Positions 15,848-22,917 of a stretch of DNA of 25,250 nt are shown piece after piece. Location: the IMG/VR virus record IMGVR_UViG_3300035670_001165, positions 1 to 25,250 of that record; one strand, written 5' to 3'. Every line of letters starts with the position of its first letter. The first letter of the stretch is position 1. The translations under genes were made by a program, and so were the position numbers. Origin of the DNA: a virus (lineage: Duplodnaviria; Caudoviricetes). The notes below the pieces were generated by a model, which saw only the letters and a program-made list of their open reading frames with translations, ran no database searches and was not told where the DNA came from.

Positions 15848-17898
15848 CTCAAGCCTCTTCGCATCGTGTAGTGCAAGATTATGCTGTTGATCGTGAACGG
15901 CTCCAATTGATCCGACACCGTCGAAATACGAACCGCGATATTCTCAGCGGTGCCTCGCACTTCAACTTCTGATGGCGAGACGTCAGACCCGTCCCAAACA
16001 AAATTGTCCCACTCAAATTCGTCCCAATACGACGCTCTCAAATCGCTGGCATGGGTCGAATTTACGTCTTGGTCAATGTACGGCGTACGATACCCGAGAT
16101 CGTACCCAAATTGAAATTCTGCGTACGCGTCGCCGGTCACTTCGACACTGGCTTTGCGGTACCTTTTCAGTATCCTGGGCGAGCCTTTTGCGTTAAACGG
16201 CAGCGCAAAATTGGCGGCAATTGGAGCGCCGTCAAAGCTGGTCCCGCGCTCCAGCTCGTAAACGAATCCGTTTTCTCCGCCCAAGAAAATTCGTGCCGTG
16301 CCGGTGGCGTCCTCGCCTTCAAAAGAACAGAACGGGGTATTCGGAAATTGCATCGGCATGGCGCCCAGAAGACGGCCGTTAAGTACGGTCAAGTAGACCC
16401 CATAGCCGTCATTAAAGAACAATCGGTATTGCCCTTTTTCCCGGTTCACGGTGCTCGCGGCCAGCTTGTTGATGCGGGGCTGCATGAACGGGCGGATGTT
16501 CATCGTCAGCGAGGCGGGGGTAAAGTTGCCGAAGTTGAGGCTCGTCCCCAAAGTAATCACGCCGCGGTCGTCAAGAACGTACGCCTGGTCCATGGTCTGC
16601 GCAGAATACGCCACCGCGCCAGTGCCGGTGTTGAACGTCGACAGCGCAAAATCTTGAGAGCTGGTGCCGTACAAGACGGCCGTATCGCGTCGGGTGTACA
16701 CACCCAGCGCGCCGCTTGTCTGGTCACCGGGGAGGGCGATCAGGCAGGTAATGGTGTCCGCCATGGCGATCTCGCCCGCGCCTAAAAGCGGCGTCCACTG
16801 ATACGGCAAGCCGAGCCCTGAAAATTGCAGCGAGGCTCCAAACGACAGAAACAGATGCTGTCTGTGAACCGCGATGTGGTTTGGCTTGTCAACGGCCATA
16901 CCCGTGCTGATCGGCACAAACACCGTGCCATCGAATTCCCACGCGCGGTTAACCCCGTCGCAGCCGTACGCCCGGTAGTTGGACACGCCGCCACCGATGC
17001 TGCCGATCACTATCTCAAACCGCCCGCCATCGTCTAAAGTTATAGCGGAGCTGTTGCCGGCGATCGTGGCCACGTTGGTATTGGCACCCACGTTGAGGTT
17101 TTCAGATTGAAAAGTGCCGCTCTGTGACGCAAAGATGAGACGGCCAGCTGCATCCCCGCCGCCCCACGTTCCTGATTCAAGGACGACCCTGGTTATAACC
17201 GCCGTGGCCGCCGACGTCGCGCCGGTGATGGTGTCGCCTTCGACTATCTCGTACGTGCCGCCGCTGGTGAACGCTAGCTCTCGGCCAAGCGCGACCTGGG
17301 ACCAGCCCGATCCGGTCGACTTGTACATGTCAACTGCGGTACCGCCGGCATTGTCTCGCAGCGCGTAGACCGTACCCTTGTACAAAAACACGCCCCTGAC
17401 AGGCCCAGATCCAGGAACGGCGGTGATGTCTGACCGGTATTCGTCGGCGGCCAAGTTCTTGTACGCGGCCGCGGTAGCGCCATCGGCGGTAATTCCCAGC
17501 TGGGATACCAGCGTGCCAACCGGCGCGGCGGATACCTCGAGAATTTCCCCCAGCGTAAATGACCCGCTGACTTTTGTGCCGATCAACGTAGATCCGGATA
17601 CCGCGATGACGACCGCGGTCTCTCCCGACGTGTCTCCAGTGATTATGTCGCCTACGCTGACCGCCGCCGTAAGCGTGCAAGTGAACACCGTGTACAGCGC
17701 GTCAGAGGGCCGCGGGCGGCCGTCAAATCTTTCGTAGCCGGCGATCCGCGTGTAGCCCCCAGTGATGGCCGCCTCAAAATTTGCAGCGCGCCTGACGAAT
17801 CCTGGGGGCAATGAGAGGGTAGGCGTGACCTGGTCAAAGCCGCCCTGCAATCGGATCAGGTCGTACTGGACTCGGGGCATCGCCGGCAGCGTCGACAT
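15844..17898 (-). CDS. Tail nozzle / packaged-DNA stabilisation protein (P22 gp10 / T7 gp12-like)
   Basis: 684 aa, beta-rich, N-terminal GG...NF...GGYTRIAG, follows the adaptor; C-terminal WDEFEWDNFVWDG. Confidence 0.75.
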   Translation of the reverse strand: MSTLPAMPRVQYDLIRLQGGFDQVTPTLSLPPGFVRRAANFEAAITGGYTRIAGYERFDGRPRPSDALYTVFTCTLTAAVSVGDIITGDTSGETAVVIAVSGSTLIGTKVSGSFTLGEILEVSAAPVGTLVSQLGITADGATAAAYKNLAADEYRSDITAVPGSGPVRGVFLYKGTVYALRDNAGGTAVDMYKSTGSGWSQVALGRELAFTSGGTYEIVEGDTITGATSAATAVITRVVLESGTWGGGDAAGRLIFASQSGTFQSENLNVGANTNVATIAGNSSAITLDDGGRFEIVIGSIGGGVSNYRAYGCDGVNRAWEFDGTVFVPISTGMAVDKPNHIAVHRQHLFLSFGASLQFSGLGLPYQWTPLLGAGEIAMADTITCLIALPGDQTSGALGVYTRRDTAVLYGTSSQDFALSTFNTGTGAVAYSAQTMDQAYVLDDRGVITLGTSLNFGNFTPASLTMNIRPFMQPRINKLAASTVNREKGQYRLFFNDGYGVYLTVLNGRLLGAMPMQFPNTPFCSFEGEDATGTARIFLGGENGFVYELERGTSFDGAPIAANFALPFNAKGSPRILKRYRKASVEVTGDAYAEFQFGYDLGYRTPYIDQDVNSTHASDLRASYWDEFEWDNFVWDGSDVSPSEVEVRGTAENIAVRISTVSDQLEPFTINSIILHYTMRRGLR

Positions 17899-17905
17899 AC
17901 TGACC

Positions 17906-18589
17906 TCAGGCGAGTGGCGGGCCGCTGATCAAGTCAGGCAGCTGATCGATTTCCAGCCTGTTCATCAGGCGCTTGAATTCGAGCTCGCCACGCTGGTAAA
18001 CCTCGGTGGCGGCTTCGTACCCGGCGTAGAACATCATCGCCCGGTAGACAATCATGGGGTGGAACCGAGCCGGCAGATCCGGCTCTTCCGTGGCCGTCGT
18101 GAATTCGGTGGGCTTCCGGTAATACTCCCCGACGATCACGTAAGGCTGATTGGGGATAGCGCCGAGCCCCAGGTTCTTGCTCGGCGGGACGATGGTCACC
18201 ACGACCGGGCGGGACTGCGTGTTCCGCATGTTCGCGTACTGGTACAGATTCCGGAACGTGTTCCATTCCATGAAGTTCAGCAGCTGCTCGTCGCCGTAGT
18301 TGGCGCCGACGCTGCTGGCCCTGAAGCTGTCTCGTTTCCAGTTTGCGAACGTGGAACCCACGCCCACCTCGGTCGGGGTGTACTGCCACTGCGCCCCGAC
18401 AGTGTTGAACTGCAGAGGCTGGCGCATGAACTGCCAGTCCTCGTGCGCGGTCTGAACGTCTACCCACGCGGCGTTGATCCAGTCATGGAACCGCAGCGAT
18501 TCACCGGTCAGGCCGGTGACAGTGGTCAAGGCAGGGCCTGTGACTCCGCACTCTTGCCTGGCCCGGTTGATCAGCTGCAGGAAAGTCAT
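17906..18589 (-). CDS. Head-tail adaptor protein
   Basis: MTFLQLINRA...WINAAW.D...W.F and P.LP.RFH.MIVY.A pattern of podoviral adaptors; position upstream of the nozzle. Confidence 0.8.
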   Translation of the reverse strand: MTFLQLINRARQECGVTGPALTTVTGLTGESLRFHDWINAAWVDVQTAHEDWQFMRQPLQFNTVGAQWQYTPTEVGVGSTFANWKRDSFRASSVGANYGDEQLLNFMEWNTFRNLYQYANMRNTQSRPVVVTIVPPSKNLGLGAIPNQPYVIVGEYYRKPTEFTTATEEPDLPARFHPMIVYRAMMFYAGYEAATEVYQRGELEFKRLMNRLEIDQLPDLISGPPLA

Positions 18590-18999
18590 TAGCCGGCCTC
18601 TGCCAAGATGTTAGCCAACCATGCGCGGCCTTTCGGGTTCTTGTCTTCGGTGACAACGAACGGGAATGCCAGGCCGTGGCGGGCAGACATGACGATGCGG
18701 TCAGGCTCCGACGGGTTCGGGGTCGACTGCGTGTAGCGGGTCTCTTTCATGCGCGCGAGGACTTCCACAAACTTGCGGCGGACGGGCACGTCCTGCCCGC
18801 GCGGGATGACCTGGTTGAGGCCGTTCACGTTGAGATGCGCGTACGGGGGCTCGTTCTCGTTCGTGGTCGGATGGATCATCACGGTGACGACCTCTTCCAT
18901 GAACGCCTCTTTTTTCAATTCTTGCTTGAAGTCGCGGTTGCCGGATACCGGCTCCACAAGCTCTGCGTTGTCAATAATTTCGATCGGACCTTTCGCCAT
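18589..18999 (-). CDS. Hypothetical protein between head and adaptor genes (136 aa)
   Basis: AAGGAG RBS at about 19008-19013; VNG...IPRG...V....VEVL; 1-nt overlap with the adaptor. Confidence 0.8.
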   Translation of the reverse strand: MAKGPIEIIDNAELVEPVSGNRDFKQELKKEAFMEEVVTVMIHPTTNENEPPYAHLNVNGLNQVIPRGQDVPVRRKFVEVLARMKETRYTQSTPNPSEPDRIVMSARHGLAFPFVVTEDKNPKGRAWLANILAEAG

Positions 19000-19028
19000 C
19001 GGATTTGCTCCTTGTAATGGATTGCCCC

Positions 19029-19058
19029 AAAAAAGACGAGCCGCCGTAACGGCTCGTC
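19029..19058 (-). terminator. Intrinsic terminator after the capsid/decoration genes
   Basis: Minus strand GACGAGCCG-TTACGG-CGGCTCGTC-TTTTTT: 9-bp perfect stem plus U6. Confidence 0.85.
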
Positions 19059-19111
19059 AAGCACTCCTCCCTCCTCAGGGGGTAAAAGAAGGGAGGAGTT
19101 GACGGCGACTG

Positions 19112-19549
19112 TTACTGAGCGCTGCCCGGCATCTGGGACAGGTTCAGGTAAGTTGCGGTGTTGCCGGTACCCAGCGTCGAGGTGCCAGGCGTAAACGTCT
19201 GGCTCGAGCTGGTGCTGACCTTAATCAGTCCGAACGGGGTCAGGTTGGCTGCGGGCGGGTTGGGCACCGGGCAGGGATCGCCGGCGGACACGATCGGACC
19301 CTGGGAGGTCGATACGTCGCCATTGGAGGCCAGCCACAGACCAAACACGCATGCCTGGCTGTTGCCAAGGGCGGTGTGGCCAGAGCTGAAGGCGATGTTG
19401 TTGGTGCCCGACTTGGAGCGGAAGATACCGTTGTTGGTGTACGCGATCGTGGATGCGATCTGGAACGTGCCAGCGTTGGTACCTGCGGCGATGGCGCCAG
19501 AGGTGAGCGACATAAAGCCGCTGTTGCTTTGTTCAATGTTGTACGACAT
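19112..19549 (-). CDS. Putative capsid decoration/cement protein (145 aa)
   Basis: Small Ser/Thr/Gly beta-rich protein, AGGAG RBS, between the MCP gene and the terminator. Confidence 0.6.
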   Translation of the reverse strand: MSYNIEQSNSGFMSLTSGAIAAGTNAGTFQIASTIAYTNNGIFRSKSGTNNIAFSSGHTALGNSQACVFGLWLASNGDVSTSQGPIVSAGDPCPVPNPPAANLTPFGLIKVSTSSSQTFTPGTSTLGTGNTATYLNLSQMPGSAQ

Positions 19550-19575
19550 GTGCTTGTCTCCTGATCGGGGTGGGG

Positions 19576-19812
19576 TTACGGCAGCAATTCGGGGGTAACG
19601 GCCGACGACGTGGTCGCGGTCGTGGTGCCCGTGCTGCCAGCGCCAGTGGTAACGCCAGAATGCACATGCGCGTCGTAATTCGTGCGCAGCGTATTCAGAG
19701 ACGTCGACAGGGCGTTGATGTCGGCCAGAATCGCTTCGAGCAGCGGGCGCAGTTCGCGCGAGGTCAGCTCGTCAGGGATCTTGGGGGCGCGTTGTTTGAT
19801 GCTTTCGCTCAT
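19576..19812 (-). CDS. Small coiled-coil protein with HxH motif, putative head fibre/decoration (78 aa)
   Basis: GGAG RBS; heptad LLEAILADINALSTSLNTLRTNYDAHVHSGV; immediately after the MCP gene. Confidence 0.7.
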   Translation of the reverse strand: MSESIKQRAPKIPDELTSRELRPLLEAILADINALSTSLNTLRTNYDAHVHSGVTTGAGSTGTTTATTSSAVTPELLP

Positions 19813-19829
19813 GGTGTGATCTCCACAGT

Positions 19830-19853
19830 GGGGCGCCCCCGAAGAGGCGCCCC
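19830..19853 (-). promoter_or_regulatory. C(UUCG)G tetraloop hairpin downstream of the MCP stop
   Basis: Minus strand GGGGCGCCTC-TTCG-GGGGCGCCCC, 10 bp with one G-U; no U tract. Confidence 0.8.
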
Positions 19854-19859
19854 GTCAGA

Positions 19860-20918
19860 TTACAGTGCGGTCACACCGGCTTCGATGCGGGCCATCCAGG
19901 AATCGTTCAGACGAACGCTGGCGAACCAGGTCGAAGCGCCCACATAGCCGAACTGGCCGAGCGGGTTGGCGTGGTTGGTCTGCGAAGCCTTCAGGACAAC
20001 CGGCTTGATGGCCGACATGCCCTTCAGCGCTACCTGGCCCCAGGCGTCTTCACCGATCACCAGGAACGGATACACGTCGACGTTGGCGGCGCCAATCGAC
20101 AGCATGCCATTCAGGGTGTTGGAGCCGGCGGCGAGGAACGGCTGCAGCAGCGGGGAGCTGATGAAGCGGAAGTCTTCGCATGCGCCGATCTCGCGGTCGT
20201 GGATCGGCTTGAAGCTGCCGTATTCCTCGACACGGGTGAAGCCCGGCAGGTTACGCACGTCGGACACCGCGTCAGTGTGGCAGAACACGATGAACGCCGG
20301 CTGCACGGCGCGGGTGGCGAAGTTGACGCCAGGGGCCAGGCGGCTGGTCACACGGCGGGAGCGGTTGGACTCCAGCGTGCGGGCGGCCTTGCGGATGGCG
20401 TTCAGGCTGATCGCGGTGTTCAGACCGGAACGGGTGGTACCGTTGGCGTAGATCACCGTGGAGCCGGCTTTCAGTACGCCGTAGCGGACCATCTCCATGA
20501 CTTCGGCCATGGTCTCGCCGGTCAGTTTGACCATCTCGCCGGGGATGTCGTCTTCGTACAGCTGCTCGACCTTCGAGCTGTACTTGAAGAGGATACCGTA
20601 CTGCTGCAGCTGAACGGTGACGTCCTGGAAGCTGATCGTGTTGCTGTTCGGCGTTACGCCTTCAGCAAGCACGAAGTTGGAAGCCACGATGTTCGGCGTG
20701 CCGGCGTAGCGCTGGCTGCCTTCGATCGTGGTACCAGCAGCTACGGCGCCAAACGGCAGCGTGCGGCGGAAGACCAGCGTGTCGGTGCTGTTCTGGGGCA
20801 TCTCGCGCTGGGTACCGAAGTCGCCCAGAACGGTGATGGGTTGTGCGTGGTCCAGCATGCCCTGCGCGGCTCGGATGAGGTTACGCGAGGCGACTGTGCC
20901 GTAATTTTGAATGGCCAT
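19860..20918 (-). CDS. Major capsid protein, N4-gp56 family
   Basis: 352 aa; MPQNSTDTLVFRR, LAEGVTP, QQYG, EIGACEDFRFI, DVYP.LV.GEDAWG.V.L, NPLGQFGYVG; AGGAG RBS. Confidence 0.92.
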   Translation of the reverse strand: MAIQNYGTVASRNLIRAAQGMLDHAQPITVLGDFGTQREMPQNSTDTLVFRRTLPFGAVAAGTTIEGSQRYAGTPNIVASNFVLAEGVTPNSNTISFQDVTVQLQQYGILFKYSSKVEQLYEDDIPGEMVKLTGETMAEVMEMVRYGVLKAGSTVIYANGTTRSGLNTAISLNAIRKAARTLESNRSRRVTSRLAPGVNFATRAVQPAFIVFCHTDAVSDVRNLPGFTRVEEYGSFKPIHDREIGACEDFRFISSPLLQPFLAAGSNTLNGMLSIGAANVDVYPFLVIGEDAWGQVALKGMSAIKPVVLKASQTNHANPLGQFGYVGASTWFASVRLNDSWMARIEAGVTAL

Positions 20919-20942
20919 TTGCTAAAGCTCCTATGTTTAAGT

Positions 20943-21794
20943 TCAGAAGCCGCGCTGCTCTTTTCGTTTCTGGAGCTGCTTGGCTTCGTAAGTCCAAAGT
21001 TCTTCTGGGGTCATGCTGTCGAGCGTTTTCGACGGGCGTGACGCACCGGGCTTGGTCGTGACCGCGTTATCGAGAGTGGCTTTGCGCTGGTCCTGAATAC
21101 GGCTCGGCGCGGTTTTCGATGCCTCGAACATGTCCAGCATCTTGACCGCGTCGCTGGCTTTGGGGCTGTAGATCAAGTTGTAGACGTCTACCGGTTGCTT
21201 TTTCGCCCACTCCAGAAATCCCTGGTCGTTGACGGTTTCGCGCCAGTTTTCGTACTTCGTCTCGAGCTTCGCGTATTCCAAAGCGTCCTGAGTTTCAGCG
21301 CGGATCTGGGCGGTTCGCTCTTCAATGAGCTGATTGATCTGGTCCTGAGAAACACCGCTCTGGCCTGCGCCGACTCTCGTCGACACGTACTCTTCCATCG
21401 CCTCCGCCCATTCAGGAAAATCCTGCTTGAGCTGAGTCCACTTCTCCGAATCGGCTGCCGCTTTTGACAGCTCAACGGGCGTCGGCGTCGCAACAGCGGG
21501 CTGCTGTTTTTGCTGCTCTCGCTCGCGTTGCCATGCGGCTACACGACCTTCAGTTGTTTTGACGTGATGCCTGAGATCCTCGTTGGCTTTCTTCAGCTCG
21601 TCGATTTCTGCCAGCTTGGCCTTTACTGCTTCCGGCAGCCCTGCGAAAGGGTCTTCCGGAACGGGCTCAGGCTCAGGCTCAGATTGCGGGGCGGGTTCCG
21701 GTTCTGGAGCCGGGGATTCCGGGTCCATCACTTTGGATTCTTCGTCCCAAACTTTCTGCGCCTCTTCGGCGGTCAACTGCGTATCGTCTGCCAC
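20943..21794 (-). CDS. Capsid scaffolding protein
   Basis: Acidic PE-rich N-terminus, coiled coil, directly upstream of the MCP gene; GGAGAG before GTG. Confidence 0.75.
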   Translation of the reverse strand: MADDTQLTAEEAQKVWDEESKVMDPESPAPEPEPAPQSEPEPEPVPEDPFAGLPEAVKAKLAEIDELKKANEDLRHHVKTTEGRVAAWQREREQQKQQPAVATPTPVELSKAAADSEKWTQLKQDFPEWAEAMEEYVSTRVGAGQSGVSQDQINQLIEERTAQIRAETQDALEYAKLETKYENWRETVNDQGFLEWAKKQPVDVYNLIYSPKASDAVKMLDMFEASKTAPSRIQDQRKATLDNAVTTKPGASRPSKTLDSMTPEELWTYEAKQLQKRKEQRGF

Positions 21795-21857
21795 TTCGTC
21801 TCTCCGTCATGTTGTCAAGGGCGGCTCTGTGCCCGCCTCTTACCAAGCCCGGCAGTA

Positions 21858-22061
21858 TCAGTAGGACACTGGCGGAGCCTCCACTTCTCGAGTCACCCGG
21901 TTGGGCAAGTCGAGTATCCTTTTCAAGAGCCGTATCTCGCCTCGGTAGGCTGCGGTCTCTTCTGGCGATAGACCAATCGAATCGTTTTTGACCCGGACGG
22001 CTTCGAGCTCTTTCTTGGCCCAGGCTTCGACCTTGGCCCACTCTCCGGGTTGCAGATTCAT
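21858..22061 (-). CDS. Small helical protein upstream of the scaffold (67 aa)
   Basis: W..V...A...L...R..ND...L..EETA.YRGEI..LK.ILDLP, the kind of small protein seen between portal and scaffold in podoviruses. Confidence 0.75.
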   Translation of the reverse strand: MNLQPGEWAKVEAWAKKELEAVRVKNDSIGLSPEETAAYRGEIRLLKRILDLPNRVTREVEAPPVSY

Positions 22062-22119
22062 CTATCGCCAATCAAATCTTGATAGTTGGCACCTATGCTA
22101 AGGAACGGACGCGCGGGGG

Positions 22120-22488
22120 TCAACTTAGGAACCGCAGCTTGTACAGCGTCGACTGGTACAGGGTGATGATCTCGTCCAGCGCGTTGTTGAGCGCGGTTTC
22201 CGCCTTCGGGCAGATCTGCCCGCGGTTGTCTTCGATCCACGCCATCTGCTGCTCGAGGACGTCGCTGATCTCACCTTCAAACTCGTTGTCGCCGAGGGGG
22301 ATGTCCAGCAGCTCATTGAACCGCCCCTGGTACGCCTCGACGAAGCCGTCGACGAGAGGGATCACGCCCTCGTAAAACGCGCCCAGCGCCATGTGCTCCG
22401 CGTACGACATGGTCCGCAGATGCTGCCTGTGCGTCAGATCCCGGGCCACGAACACCATGGCCACCATCATTCCGGTTTGCTTGCTCAT
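22120..22488 (-). CDS. Dps/ferritin-like four-helix protein (DUF5856-like)
   Basis: H..HL.T.SYAEH.ALG.FYE....VD.FVEAYQG and C-terminal DEI......TLYKL.FL resemble phage Dps-like proteins. Confidence 0.75.
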   Translation of the reverse strand: MSKQTGMMVAMVFVARDLTHRQHLRTMSYAEHMALGAFYEGVIPLVDGFVEAYQGRFNELLDIPLGDNEFEGEISDVLEQQMAWIEDNRGQICPKAETALNNALDEIITLYQSTLYKLRFLS

Positions 22489-22646
22489 TTCAGCCCCTTC
22501 ATCGCTTTGCTGAGAAGCCCCTTCCGGCTGTCAGCTTTGTTGAATTCTTTGGCGACCTTGACCGGCACCCCGACCTTCGCGGCGAATTTCGGGTCATGCG
22601 CGGCGGCTGCCATCATGCGCGCTTGCTTTTGAGATGCGGACGGCAT
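22485..22646 (-). CDS. Small basic protein, 53 aa, absent from the ORF track
   Basis: MPSASQKQARMMAAAAHDPKFAAKVGVPVKVAKEFNKADSRKGLLSKAMKGLK*; fills the gap exactly and has an ATGA overlap with the Dps-like gene. Confidence 0.8.
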   Translation of the reverse strand: MPSASQKQARMMAAAAHDPKFAAKVGVPVKVAKEFNKADSRKGLLSKAMKGLK

Positions 22647-22665
22647 TTGTAAGTTCTTAATTTTA

Positions 22666-22917
22666 TTACCATTTTACTTTGTTGGCCCAGTACGCAGCGC
22701 TCATTTTTCCTTTCGATATGTTACTCGCATGGCGGGCTTTGAAGGCTTTATTGCGGGCGGACCCTTCGGGGGATCCCTTCACCCCCTGCTGACCAAAACG
22801 GATGATCTTTTCTTTTCCGTTTGAACAGGCTTTGACCACGTGACTTTTCTTGGGGTGGTCGGGCGTCGATCGGGGGGAGTTACACTTCATGCCCCTTGCG
22901 ATTAAACCTTTGCTCAT
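22666..22917 (-). CDS. Small highly basic protein (83 aa; RFGQQG...FKARH...AAYWA type)
   Basis: ATGA overlap with the portal stop, GGGAG upstream; Lys/Arg-rich. Confidence 0.8.
   Translation of the reverse strand: MSKGLIARGMKCNSPRSTPDHPKKSHVVKACSNGKEKIIRFGQQGVKGSPEGSARNKAFKARHASNISKGKMSAAYWANKVKW

Noticed and set aside
19813-19880. Programmed frameshift or read-through extending the capsid protein into the HxH gene
   Set aside because: No slippery heptamer near the MCP stop, and the downstream gene has its own GGAG and ATG.
21815-21842. GGCGG/CCGCC inverted repeat upstream of the scaffold gene
   Set aside because: Short stem in high-GC DNA with no U tract; not distinguishable from background.
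11539-22103. Possible shared late-promoter motif CCTTAG-N7/8-GC[AC]AA[TC]TA in two intergenic gaps (11539-11560 and 22083-22103, minus strand)
   Set aside because: Only two instances with unequal spacing; cannot be distinguished from chance without the rest of the genome.
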